DNA of 62,224 nt, counting the filler, from Choristocarpus tenellus KU-1152 (Eukaryota; Protista; Phaeophyceae), in the NCBI GenBank assembly GCA_964200185.2. It is 14 parts of 14 records of this genome, joined end to end, with 100 filler letters (N's around TTAATTAATTAA, not from the genome) between each part and the next. Parts side by side here need not be neighbours in the genome. Positions count along the whole stretch, not along the records: positions 38,410 to 40,936 come from CAXNAD020027049.1; positions 41,037 to 46,469 come from CAXNAD020010792.1; positions 46,570 to 52,126 come from CAXNAD020010435.1; 11 more parts are not named here. The stretch is one strand, 5' to 3'. The notes under the pieces are model-generated. The model was not told the DNA's origin and did not search any database. It worked only from the letters and a program-made list of their open reading frames with translations. Positions 38,640 to 51,617 of the stretch are shown here, piece by piece (position 1 is the stretch's first letter; each line of letters begins with the position of its first letter). The translations under genes were made by a program, and so were the position numbers.

Positions 38640-40440
38640 ACGCGTGACGTACACAGCAACATGAACCACGATGATGAGAAAAGGAGAGCTCTAGAGGCGC
38701 CGAGGCCACTCTGACCCCTGAATCTACCCTCGGCGCCTTCTCTGTCAAGAGGTGACGGAAAAGCAAGTACCGTGTGACACTCAGTACGATGTTAGGTGAC
38801 AAGAAAGTGCGAGTAATGTGACGCAGCAGCAAATCAAATCGCACAATAGATCACGGGGCTGCTGTGCAATTTGCCTTGGGAGGTATGCAATTTATCAGTA
38901 GTGAAGACAAGAAGGTGTGAAGCCTCACACAACTCTCCTTCGCTGAACGTGGAAAGAATGGATGGAATTAGAAGAGTGACCTTTGTGGGGTGTCATCTAC
39001 TGCTTGTTTATTATTATTAGTCTCATACGTAAGTCAACGGTTATGTCACAGTAGTTGAATGCAGAATAATAACCCATACTATCTCATTAGTTACATCTCT
39101 CATACACAAAATAAGTTTCACCTCTCTATTGTCCTATTTTGCACAGCTGCGACACTGTTGCTGAGAGAAGATGCATGGAAAGCATGAACGTGGTTGGATC
39201 TTCAACCACGTTGGCGCACTGTGCTGCAGTCTCTGCCGCCTCAGGAAAGCAGGAAGAGAGTGGCAAGTCCGTCACCAGGTGGTACAGTGACGGAGCCTAT
39301 GGGGAAGCCTGGTCACGGTGGGAGAAGCGAGAATCTGGATGGCCGTCCGAAGGGAAGGTTGGGAAAGAGAGCAGTGCGACTGCGTGCCATTGTGCTCAGG
39401 AAACGCCTAAGCGAAAACCCGGGTTTAGAATATCTTAGTAGTCGACAGTTGCAGCAGGCCCTGGCTGTCTGGAAGCTATGCAAGCTGGAGTAGCATAAGG
39501 AAATGAGAAAGAACTTGTTAGGGTTGGACTGCAAGGGCTCTGAAGCCTGAAAGAAGGTCAAAAGGGCTCGCAACGCTGAGGAGAAAGCGATAGTAACAAA
39601 GGCAGCTGTGGAAACTTTTCGAGACCGCCAAATCCTTTACTAAGAAGAGGTCGCCAAGCAGGTGGAGGTAGCCATCAGTGAGGACGCCAGGGCAAAAGAG
39701 GAGGTGAGATTGAGACTATTTGCACACCAATGGTTTGGTGTCTCCCACTTCTTGCAAGATGCTGTACATTCACTTTTTTTCCTGGAGTTAGGGTTGGAGG
39801 TATAACGTTGATTAAGGCTTTCTCCCAGCCTGCATTCATCGAGAAACCAACACAATTTTCGATCAACTCAAGCCTGTCTTCCCTCACCCTTGCGCCTTGA
39901 TAAAATATCACCCTCCCAGGAAACACAGACGGCGCCCATTTCCGGTACTCAACGAGGAAATTTGATAGTAAAGGCTCTAACACTACGAATTCTGTACCTG
40001 TGAATGAATGACGAGAAAGATCTTCAAATGGCGCTCAAGATGGCAGCAGGATATGCGATGGTCTGGTCGGAAACTGTGAGTAAATGGGAGAGAGACTTCC
40101 TAACAAAGGGTCAAATCAAGGTGTCGGAGCAAGGGTGCTACGAGAGACGTTTCGTTCTGAGCGTTGACGAGGACATCCTTGCCGATGTCAAAGAGTGGGT
40201 GCGCAAAGACACAGGAAGAGGATTTTTTCCTCCCTAAACACTATTCTTTAATCAAGTAGTAGTGCATCTGTTGCACTCTTGGCGACCTACAATCCAGGTT
40301 TCTAACCCCAATATGACCGCTCTTTCTTCAACAAGAGGAAAAAAAAGGCGAAAAAACGAAGCAAGTAATCTGGAGGGCCTTGTGACGGGCATCACGAGTA
40401 TGCTTTTTTTTCTTTAATCCGACGTCTACGTCAAAAGTTA
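38640..40440 (+). mobile_element. Decayed DNA transposon, IS630/Tc1-related transposase N-terminus (copy 1)
   Basis: Colinear with 41037-42555. Encodes SETVSKWERDFLTKGQIKVSEQG.YERRFVL..DEDILADVKEWVRK, similar to the HTH region of fungal/protist Tc1-like transposases (recalled). Contains stops. Confidence 0.55.
38862..39146. mobile_element. 285-bp MITE (family C) with 8-bp TIRs and CTG TSD
   Basis: CTGTGCAA...TTGCACAG flanked by CTG/CTG. The paralogous copy at ~41235 has the empty site ggggctgcgacac. Confidence 0.8.
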
Positions 40441-40489
40441 TCATAGCACAACTGTAAGGGCGAAGGTAGTGGTATCACTACACTAATAT

Positions 40490-40936
40490 TATAAAGCGAA
40501 TGAACAAATAATCTTCGAGGGAGGGTGCAACAATAGGTCTCTCCGCCTAGAGACCCACCAACAAGTACAGGCACAGACGCCTACAAGTGCGGGGGGTCTA
40601 GGCCTCTCTTCCATGAAGCACCGCCAGCATGCGGTTTTTGTAGGATCACTGGTGGCTACCCAATCCACCCTTCTAGCAAGGCAGTAAGGGCCTCGTGGCG
40701 AGTTCTTCTCACAAGCCGTACGTGCAAGCCCCACCATAAAGGCCTTCGGAGGGTCTATACACACCCTTCTTTCTACAGGTATCCCCTCAGAAGACCTGGC
40801 TGAAATTATTGGCCAAGACTGGGTAACTTGGGGGGGAACAGCACCACCTGCACCTACCCCAGAGGTCCACATCCTGGCAGCTCTTGACGCCAGGATCACA
40901 AGGAGGGCTCAGCACGAGATCACACGCCTCCTCAAC
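40490..40936 (+). mobile_element. CRE/RLE-type LINE RT thumb fragment
   Basis: GGLGLSSMKHRQHAVFVGSL (cf. GGLG..S.....AA(F/Y)..S). Truncated by the contig end. Confidence 0.6.
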
Positions 40937-41036
40937 NNNNNNNNNNNNNNNNNNNNNNNNNNNNNNNNNNNNNNNNNNNNTTAATTAATTAANNNNNNNN
41001 NNNNNNNNNNNNNNNNNNNNNNNNNNNNNNNNNNNN

Positions 41037-42555
41037 CACACAGCAACAAGAAACACGACTATGAGACAAGGAGAGCCGCCTAGGCCACTCTGCCCCCTGG
41101 ATCTACCCTTAGCACCGTCCCTGTCGAGAGGCGATAGAAAAGCAAGTACCGTGTGACATTCGGTGCGATGTTAGGTGACGAGAAAGTGCGTGTACTGTGG
41201 CGCAGCAGCATAATCAAATCGTGAAATGGACCACGGGGCTGCGACACTGACGCTGAGAGAAGATGCATCGAAAGCATTACCACACAAACGCGGTTGGATC
41301 TTCAACCACGTTGGAGCACTGCCCTGCAGTCTCTGCTGCCTAAGGAAAGCAGGAAGAGAGCGGCAAGTCCATCACCAGGTGGTACAGTGATTAAGTCTGT
41401 GGGGAAGCCTGGTCACGGTGGGCGAAGGGAGAAACAGAGTGACCGGCCAAAGGGAAGGTTGGGGAGGAGAGCAGTGCGACTGCGTGCCATTGCGCCCAGG
41501 AAATTCCTAAGCGAAAACCCGGGTTTAGGATATCTTTAGTAGTCGAGAGTTGCAGCAGGCCCTAGCTGTTTGGAAGCTATGTGAGTCAGAGTGGCTTAGG
41601 AAACGAGAAAGAAGGTATTAGGGTTGGGCTACAAGGGCTCTGAAGCCCGAACGAAGGTCGAAAGGGCTCGCAAGACGGAGGAGAAAGCGATCGTAACAAA
41701 GGCAGCTGTAGAGACCTTTCGGTACCACCAAATCCTCTACTTTGAAGAGGTCACGAAGCAGGTGGAGGTAGCCATCGACGAGGACGCCAAGGAAGAAGAG
41801 GATGTGAGATTGAGACTATATGCACAACGATGGTTTGATGTCTCCCACTTCTTGCAAGATGCCGTACATTCACTTTTGTTTCTGGACTTAGGGTTGTTGG
41901 ACATATAAAGTTGATTAAGACTTTCTCCCGGACTGCATTCATTCGATACAATTTTCGATGAACTTAAACCTGTCCTCCCTCGCCCTTGTGCCTTGATGAT
42001 AAAATATCATCCACCGAGGAAACACGGACGACGCCCATTTCCAGCGCTCAATGAGGAAATGTGATAGTTAAGGCTCTGACACTGCGAATCCTGTACGTTT
42101 GTATGAATGACAGGAAACACCTTCAAACGGCGCTCGAGATGGCAGCAGGATATGTGATGGTCAGGTCGGAAACTGTGAGCAAATGGGAGAGAGACTTCCT
42201 AACTAAGGGCCACATCAAGGTGTCGGAATAAGGACGCTGCGAGAGGCGTTTCGTGCTGGGCCTCGACGAGGATATCCTTGCCGAAGTGAAAGAGTGGGTG
42301 CGCGAACATGCAAGAAAAAGTGGGGAGGCTTTTTTCCTGTCTAAACCCAATACTTTAATTAAGTAATTGAGAATCTGTTGCCACTCTTGACCTACAATCT
42401 ACGGTTCGAATCCCAGCATGTCCGCTCTTTCTTCAAAAAAATAAAAAAAATAGAGAAACAAAAAAAACGAAGCCCGCACTCTGGAGGGGATTGTGACGGG
42501 CATCACTAATATGCTCTTAGTTTTAATCCGATGTCTACATCAAAAGTTATGACGG
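41037..42555 (+). mobile_element. Decayed IS630/Tc1-related transposon (copy 2)
   Basis: Colinear paralog of 38640-40440 with different stops, lacking the 285-bp insertion. Confidence 0.6.
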
Positions 42556-42879
42556 GACAACCCCAGAGGCATGAGCTATGAGCTCAAAATACCACCCGGA
42601 CTTGAGCCATGGTATGGTCTCCAAGAATTTATCGGCGTCGCTTCCACCATCTTGGTAGCGAAAAAGAAACACCTTCTCTATCTGTGGAATCTGGTGGCAA
42701 CTCACCAGGCCGGCAACTCATTAGTATAAAGGCATTCATCGCACATTCTGGTCCACAAGGAGGGATATCACAGTATTAGAGGAAGGAGGTTTGGTTGCAA
42801 TTAGGTGGACGTCTGGTTAGCAGGAATACAAGTTCTTCGTCTGTTGTAGTGGCAGGTGTCTTTTGATTATGACAGGTCG

Positions 42880-45800
42880 CTTGGTCAGTGGCTCTTACAT
42901 TAGGGAGGTCCAACTTGTTCTCATGCCTATATGCTACAATCATCTCTGCACATGGACGTATTTCAGCAGGTTTGCACAATACACCATTGGCAGGTGAATA
43001 TCCCTGAAAGCAAAGCCAGTATAAATAGTTGCGGGTGGTCTTTCTTCCTACAACTCGCTTATGGTCAACAATGCCCTCTACATTGTAAGACCCAATAGTT
43101 CGCTATGTCTTTGACCCCTCATCAAGATTTGATTCGGGTGATACCCGACCTAAAAAGAGTGAATTAAGGGCATCAATGTCAGGTTCTGTGGCTGTTCCTT
43201 GCTTGTAGGGTTTGAGTCTGGCCACATGAACTGCCACTTCACGTCGGTCTTCCAAGCGCTTTACACGATAAACAACGGATGTTATACGTGCTTTCGCTTC
43301 GTAAGGTCCCCTCCATGGGGATAATAACTTGGGGTTCGGTGCATCAGCTAAAGTATGTGGTTTGTGAAGCCACACTTTATCTCCGGGTCCGTATAGTGGG
43401 AGTTTATGGTTCACATTCTTAGATTCGTTCCTTAGAGCCATCTCACCAATATTACGCCGGGCTAATTCATAGGCTAGCTGTAAAATCTCCACTGCTCTCG
43501 TACTGTATTCTTGTACAGTTATGGGGGTGCAATAGGTACCCCCAAAATACGATCAATTGGTAAAGTTGGGCGCCTCTCCAACGTAAGAAAAAATGGGGTC
43601 TCTTGAACAGTGGCATTATAGACTATTGTGGGCTATCTACACAATTGGCAATAATGAGGCCCAGTCACATTGGTCCATATTGGAATACATGGCCAGCATA
43701 CCATACATCGTGGAATGAATACGTTCACATATACTATTGCCTTGCGGTCGATATGCCGTTGTCTTGGTTTAATGATATTTATACACTTTACGCAACTCAG
43801 CCAGGAGTTTATTCTCACATTTTCTGCCTTGGTTAGAGTGGAGAGTTTCAGGAGGACCAACGATGAAAAAAAACGATCGACAAGAGCTTTAGCCACTGTT
43901 TTTTCTTGCTTGTTTGCAATGCCAACCACAATTGCGAATCTCGTAAGATGGTCTACAGCGGATAACACATGTTTTGCACCGTCTGACGTGGTCTTATATT
44001 TAACTAGGTCAATAGCAAGTCGTTGAAATGGACATGTGACAGGCATATATCCTGCAGGTAGTGGGTGAGGTAAGAGTGTGAGTAGTCTATCGCCTTTGAC
44101 AGGACTGGCAAGTTTCACACCACTTCCTCACATCTTTATGTAAGGTTGGCCACCAAAATCTATCTTGAACCCGGTCCAATGTGTGCTTGAAAGCAAGATG
44201 GCCTGCAACTTTAAAGTCATGTAGGGCATGTAAAATTAAACCCTGAACCTCCGTTGGGGCTACGAACTGATCACAAAATTCCCCATTTTATTAAAGATGA
44301 TCAGGTTGGTAAAATTGGTAAAGGAAGAGTTTATTCTCTCGTTCTTGAGTGAAAAAATATGACATGGTGTAGGCCATTCCTTATTGGGTAATGTTGCATT
44401 ACTTGGGTCTGCCAGGTATTGAAAATATGCTCTAAATTGACCATATTGGGCATTGGCTAGAACTTCCATATCAACTACAGGAAAAACATTGATGGAGCTT
44501 GCAAAGAGCTCAGAGTCATTTGCCACTTCAGTAATTTCACCTAGACGATCCACAGACAATTCATAGGCAGGGTATACCTTCTTGCTTGAGAACTTGCATC
44601 AATGGTTTTTTTACCCACACATCGACATACAGGAATTAGGGGTGCTGGTTCAGATTAATGTTTATTCTTTCCAGTTGAGGACGTGACAACATATCTGGGA
44701 GGTAATGTAATCTGCCAGGCTTATGAAGGACAGTAAAATCAAAACATTGCAAAGCTAAGGCCCATCGAGTTAACAGACTGGACGTATCTTGCATCGTATG
44801 CAGCCGCTGTAAGGTCGAATGATCACTAATAACTGTGAAATGTTTACTCCAAATATATGGTCTCCAATGTTGTGTTGCCAGCATAACTGCAAGGCACTCT
44901 TTTTGTGTCGCAGAATATTTCCGTTGAGAGAGGGAAAGTAAGGCACTATAATATGAAATTATATCAAAATTGCCATCATCATTATCATGGTCCAAAAACG
45001 CCCCTGTCCCAACATTACTGGCATCTAAATGAATAAAAAAATCCCTAGAAAACTCAGGAAAGTGTAGCACTGGAGCCATAGTTGTACTTGTCAAAAACAG
45101 TTTGCTGTAATCGATTCCATCTAGATGAAATATCATTGTGGTCTTTTCTTGATCGCTTTAATGTGGTATCATCTTTTTATTAACTTCCCCTTTGTGTATG
45201 GCGGATCAATTCAACTAACGGTTCTGTTGCTTTTGCTAGGTGAGGAATATACTTCCTAACAAAGTTCATAGAACCTAAGAAAGATTGTAAACATTTCACC
45301 GTTTGAGGGGGATGCATATCTAAAATAGCTTCAATACGAGCTTGAGATACAGTGATTCCTTGTGTGGACTAACATCATGTCCCAAATAATGGATTTACTT
45401 TGAGCCAAATTGAGCCTTGGACGGCTTTAATGTAACCCCTTCAGTATGTAATGTTGACAATACTGCAGTGATTAACTGTTTATGGTGTGCCCAAGATGGA
45501 GAGAGCAAACAATATTGTCTAGATATTCCAACAACCGAGGGCTAGGACCGACTGCAAAAAACGTTTCAGACATAAAGCGTTGGAAGATCCACATTGCGTT
45601 TTGGACTCCAGATGGTAACCTCTGAAACTCATATTTCCCATCTGGTGTGATGAAGGCAGGCTTTTGTCGTTCGCATTCCTTAGTTATCGGTAGGTGCCAA
45701 TAGGCTGATTGGATATCTAAACAAGACAAATATTTTGAACCCCCCCCAAATTGGATAAACACTCATCCATGGATGGTAAAGGTCATTAATTACGTATCAA

Positions 45801-46275
45801 ATGATTACCTATAGTTCCTCTAAATTCCACACAGAATCGAGATCCATCCGGCTTTGCAACAATGGTATCAGGGGATGCCCATGGACTAGATGAGGGTTTT
45901 GTAGTGCCCTGTTTTTCCATATCCGTTACACATTGTCGAATATTGTCGCGTATTTTTGGTGCCGCAGAGCGATATGGTGATCTACTAACCGGTTTTGTAC
46001 CCGTTTGTGGTGGAAACTCTACTGAAGTAGTGGTGAAACAGCCTAATTCTTTTTCAGATAATGAAAAGACTGGTCTGAAGTTAGTCATAATATCTAGTAA
46101 TTCCTCTTGTTCAGAAAGTGTCAGGTGTGTATTTGCAAAAGCCTTCTCAGAAAAAATCTTCAATTCATCCCTAGCTTGTTTCAGTTCTTCGGGAGTAGAG
46201 GGTGTGGCTGCAACTGCACTTATGGTGGCCTCTGAAAGGGAACATATGGTTGATACTGGGGAGACATGACCAACT
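42880..46275 (-). mobile_element. Ty3/gypsy chromovirus pol (RT, RNase H, integrase, chromodomain), frameshifted
   Basis: PSSSPWASP..VAKPDGSRFCV; LDIQSAYWHLP..AFITPDGKYEF.RLP.GV.NA; HLDASNVG.GA..YSATQKECLAV..SDH; PFQRLAIDL..VDHLTRF; KLLSPWRGPY..VHVARLKPY; chromodomain YNVEGIVDHK...Y...FQGY. Confidence 0.93.
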
Positions 46276-46279
46276 ACTA

Positions 46280-46445
46280 GGCTCAAAGTATCTGGAGGGG
46301 GGTGGCGGCTGTCGATTTGGGGTCATTTTTTTCATATCGCGATTTTTGGGTGATTTGGTTGAATACATCGGATGGACAATGTACTTTTCCTGATTTGGGG
46401 CCAAAAGGACACCCTGGTGTAGCGCAACACCCCCCACCCCCCAAA
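46280..46445 (+). mobile_element. MITE family A inserted in the gypsy element
   Basis: GGCTCAAAGTATCTGGAGGGG start; body homologous; truncated near the contig end. Confidence 0.85.
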
Positions 46446-47242
46446 AAAACGTAACCTAGAAAAGGTATANNNNNNNNNNNNNNNNNNNNNNNNNNNNNNN
46501 NNNNNNNNNNNNNTTAATTAATTAANNNNNNNNNNNNNNNNNNNNNNNNNNNNNNNNNNNNNNNNNNNNCCCACCCCACTCTCCCTCGCCCTTCCACGTA
46601 CGTACTACTTACTACAAGACCCCGTTGAAAAAAAAACAAACTTCCCACTCCTAACTAAATATATAAAAAAAGCTACTAAGAAAATAAAAATGCCGAAAAA
46701 AATCGCCGTTTCGAGTCTCAGTGACACACGCCTTCCCAACCCGGCCTCTTCGGCGAGCCCTGTTTCTACCGCCCGGCACCGTTGCAGTACCTGCAGTAAC
46801 CGTTTCGTTTCTTTTTTTTTCTTTTCTGTTTTACTCACATCAAACACACCGATGACCACGGTCCCACTGCCCTCATGCCGCCATATGAAACAGCTGTCCT
46901 GATTCTCCCCCATGCCTCCAATGTCCGTCCTAAAAGACAAGCGAACCTGGAACATGGAACATGGAACATGGAACACAAACAGCAACAAGAGCCGCAAGAA
47001 AGCAAGAGGACAAAAACCTCCTCCGGGTCAATTCGAAGCGTACGCACTACGGGGTTCAAGCCAGTACCCACACGACCAGGTCCCAGTCCCTTTCCAGAGT
47101 ACCAGGTCCGAGAAAAAAAAAGAAAAAGAAGTATCAACTTGACGGGGTATGTCCGGCAGGGGGCCCCTGCGCACCCCGTGGGCTGGAATTGTGCAACAAA
47201 TGCCCCCTAAGTGGTGCTTCAGGTGGCCTTTTCAGGAGGAGA

Positions 47243-47247
47243 GTGTA

Positions 47248-47289
<42 letters not shown>
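47243..47289. repeat. (GT)n microsatellite
   Basis: Directly visible. Confidence 0.9.
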
Positions 47290-47292
<3 letters not shown>

Positions 47293-49610
47293 GCAGTCTT
47301 ACAATGAGATACTTGAATGCCGGCTTGATTTGGTACACTTTCAAGTCATTCCACCGAAGTGATTTGCACTCCCTACAGAGGGCTACAGGGCTCTGTAGCA
47401 TTGCACCGCGGTTCCATGTGCTACAAGATCAAACCATGCCATTCTGCAGCACGAGAGCCATCTGCTGGCTCTCATGCTCGGACATTGGGGGTGGGGGGTT
47501 CACATGTTTCTAAATTCTAATCTTCGTCTTTGGGGCTCGTTAGGTTCGGATCTGACGGTGTTACACCATCAGGATCCAGAAAAAGGTCAGGATTTGCCCT
47601 GTAACGATAAATCAGTATGGGTCTCAGGCAGGCTGGGTCTTGGTTGGATGAACACACCCCTCAACGCTCACCAATGCTCAGATTCGAACCATTCCATAGC
47701 AACTACGTAACGGTATATCGTACCACCTCCTATAACTACCAACAACAACAACCCCTGCACATAAGCCTGTATATTCAATACCAAAGCAAGAGCTTTGATG
47801 CATCCCAACATTTGGCACTTGTTCAAGGAGAGGGTTGTGGTTTACGGCTTCAACTGCCAACAGCAGGGCCGATGCAAGCACACAGATTCCATCATTATCC
47901 ACCCCACCACTCCTTCACACAATCAAATTTCATGCTTGTTGTTGTTGTTCAGGAATATTTTTCCCTTAGCATTATCCTATTGCAACAGATGCAACCACAG
48001 TTGCCACACCTTCATCTGCATTGGTTTCAACGAAGGCTGCTCCTGCTGCTGAGCCTTTTGCCACTCCAACCCTGACGGTGGGGGTCCAGGAGGCCTTGAC
48101 TTGTTACTATCTTCGATCTGATCATCTGATGTCCTGGTTGGTGCGGCTGAACGCCTCACAAGACAGTACATGGAAGGTCCAGGGTGTGGCGATGGGGGAG
48201 TGGTGTGGGGTCGCTGCACGAGTCGAATCCTACTGCTATTATTCCTTACCTAAGAAGCGGGGTCACTGTTTCACACAAAAAATATATTTGAGGGAGGTCT
48301 GGCAAGGAAACTGAACTGGATGTCTAGGGAGAATTTTAACTTTGATCATTGAATGCACTAGGGTCCACGCCTAGGGTCCACGCGCATACATAGTTCTGAC
48401 CAAAATCACCAGTTTCTACCAGAACATGAACTCCCTCGGTACTAAACCGGGAAGTCAATTTACGAGTATGCAACCAAGAGAGTGAGGAAGTAACGCTCCC
48501 TTTATGCTCTGGTACAACACCAAAAGGAAACACTGGGTGCATTTTTGATGTTCTCTCTATATTGAAGGGTAGGGTTAGACGCTCTCCATCCTGTCAGGTT
48601 TTGGCAGAATCCATCCCAGGTTCAACGACCCAGCTTTTTACACTTGGGTGACAAAGAAAGATCTATTGCACTACATGGCTCAAAATCTTTCAAGACGTGG
48701 GGACATATTCCATCTGTTCCAACCCTCCAAATTTCAATCTGTACGATGGTTTGGGCTAGCTTCCAGGAAGTGAGTTTATGGGGTTGAGAGGGGCTCTCCT
48801 TACAGGGTAGTTTGTCGGCACATACGTCCATCGGTGATGGCGAAGCGATAGTCTTCTTGGAAGTGGGCGAGCCATCGAAAGTCGACGGAGGTGCTGTGCT
48901 CCCATTCGCTACATCCATCCTCCCCTCGCCATCATTTCTCGCAACAGGTGAAGCAGAGGACATGCCTTGAGAATGGTTGTCTGATTTCGGACATGATCGT
49001 TTGAAGATATGCATCATCGTTGCTGTCGGCGTGACTTTCTCCTTGCCAAGGGCATCGAAGGGGGGTGGCCCTTTTTTTTAACGGCCAGGCCAGCCGAGTG
49101 AAATTGAGGAGTTGTAGAAGATGGGCACAATGGTAGGTAGCAGGCACCCAAACCCGAGGTTACGGAACTCTTCTGTTTCCAGCTTTCACACAACTAACAC
49201 AGATAGAGCGTTTGTTGCCTTACTATCCGCCCCCAGAAGTGTTGATGTATCTTCGCAACCCTTTACTCTATCCCACCCTCTCCTCATTTCAACACATGGA
49301 GAACACAGGAAAACAAGTCAGTCTACTCGGTATAAGTTAATAGTGGGAAAATAGAGGAAAATATTTAAAAGTTATATACACAAAAAAAATAATTAGGCAA
49401 GACATATATTTATATTTTATTATTTTGCCCTCTCACATTTTCATCTATATTTACCATTTTCAATTTCAAAGAGTATTTATTACTTGCTGCGATAAGACTG
49501 TATTTTTACCGACTGCAAACTCGTTACCGGCTCCCTGCATGAGGTGATGTCTACAGTCTCAAGTCCAACAAAACAATACCACCATATATTTTGGCTTGGA
49601 ATACCGAACC

Positions 49611-51617
49611 ATGACAATGCGAATCAACCCTCTTGCTCGATGTGTGCGCAGTGTCCTTTTTTCCTCCCCTCCCCAATCCGCTGTTTCTATGGCGGCGCGG
49701 GGTCTCTACCTGGATGCCGCCATCCACCATCGATGTGGGAAGGGTGCTAGAAGGCCTTGTCCGAAGAACTGGCGACATGCATCGTCTCGGCCCGACCCTC
49801 CCAGGCGTGATATAAAGCACAAAGAAGGCTATCCTATTTCTTTCGAGGAAAGAAGTGGACGATGGCGGCTCAATGTTCCTATGTCGTATGTCAGCAGCAA
49901 GTCCTCCTATAGGAAATACAAAAAGAGTAGAGGAATGGAACAAGGCATTTTTTCTTCGGCATCCTCAGAGGTCGATATTGCCAAAGAAAAGTCGGATAAT
50001 GGACTTGCAAGCATACCATTTGTAGAGGAGATTCCTCGCTCAGGGTTTGAGGAGGGACTTGGAGTAGTGTCCACAGGTAAGGGGGGCGATGAGAAGGACC
50101 ATCCAATCAAGGTACATTGGTAGTATCAAAAGGGACGAAGAAATGAAATATCATGTGAGAGACTAGGCATTAAATTCATGGACTCTTTGTTGCACCTCTT
50201 TCTGAGAGTATATCCTTCAGCTCAAGATCCGACCCAGACTTGGAAACTCTGGTTATGTATATTGGCACATTAGCAAGTACTTATAGAAGTACTCCTGCTT
50301 CCTCTCTTACAGTTACCATTTCAATTGAGCAACCTATGTGAACTACTGTGTAAACGACTGAGTAGGACCCCGCCTCCGCCCTCGAATGCGGGACTCTTGT
50401 TCTTACGTACCACGATCTATTTCAAAATGCTGTGACGCAGGCGAGCTCGAGGTAGACTTCAAGTCTTTACAGACTAGGTTGTCTGAAGTTGGACCAGAAG
50501 AGCAATGGGTGTTGTTTCAGGAGGTGTACCATGATTTCCGCTGGCAAGTGTTCATGAGCACCCGCATGTTGGAGAGGCTCCCAGAAGAGGCAATAAAGCA
50601 CAGGTTATAACATTACAACAGTACCCAAGAGGACCTGTATGTAGCACTTAGAGCAAACCTCTCTTGGAGTGATGCCCCACGCTCTTCACGTGTAGTTCTT
50701 CAGGTTGCTTTATAGAGGTACGGTTGCTATCTCTTCACAGACAGTGCAGGATTCAAGACTCCGCTCCATTCCTCCTCAGCATAATTCACATGATCTTATC
50801 CATATGTCAGTCACAAGAGTCAATCTCTCCATCCCTACACATCGCTACTTGACCATAACAGATGGACCTTTCAGTGTCCTCAATTCTGGTGTCCCCCAAT
50901 CATGTTTTAATTTTCATGCAGTCCATAGGCTTGAATACCACAAGCATTCCCACTCTCCTGCTGTCCCTCAAGTGCACAAGTGATTTATTGTTTGGCATTA
51001 CCTGCACTACCCCCACCATCTTACCTCCCCTACTGTGCTGAAATTGAATTGCAATCCACAAACCAATACTAGAACTCCTTTTTATAGAGTGGTCTGTTGC
51101 TGTACTTTTGTTGTCATTGAAGATCATAAAGATGCTCGAACATATCTACTTCAGATCAATCAAATTGTAAGGACAGTGTATCTGGTGTACAATACACAGC
51201 TTCCCATATCTTGTTACCCTGCCCCTCTTCCACCCGAGGCTTCCCACCCAGCTGCATCTCCTCCCCTTTTGCCCTTGGCTCACTCTCACCACCATCCTGC
51301 ATCGCAATGAAGCCTATCTCTTTCATTGCCCCCCATCACTTTTTTGCTTCTGGTGCTTTTGCCTGTTGGCCCAATCTCTCTCCCATACAACTGGATATCG
51401 GATTGGACTGGAGCAAAGGAAGAAGGCAATGGGTATGTATCGGAAGTTGAGAGATGTGGATGGCTTGCCTACAGCTGACTTTTTCAACTCGGTGCTAAAC
51501 ATGTGCTACTTGTCTGGGGAAGTCGAAGACACTATAGAAGTGTTTCAGGACATTGTCAAGTTTGGGTGGGAGCCCACTGAGGGCGATTGCGCCATGGTAA
51601 TCAAGATTTACATGCAG
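49611..51617 (+). CDS. Pentatricopeptide-repeat (PPR) protein, 5' exons, likely organelle-targeted
   Basis: Exon 49611-50076 has an Arg/Ser-rich N-terminus and the donor G|gtaagg. It joins in phase to exon 50441-50603. Exon ~51394-51617 encodes the PPR motif FFNSVLNMCYLSGEVEDTIEVFQDIVKFGWEPT and ends CAG|gtgagt. The junction between exon 2 and the PPR exon is uncertain. Confidence 0.7.

Noticed and set aside
47543-47690. tRNA gene or SINE suggested by GGTTCG(G/A)ATC B-box-like motifs
   Set aside because: The motifs form a 13-bp imperfect inverted pair with no cloverleaf or A-box and no second copy in the window.
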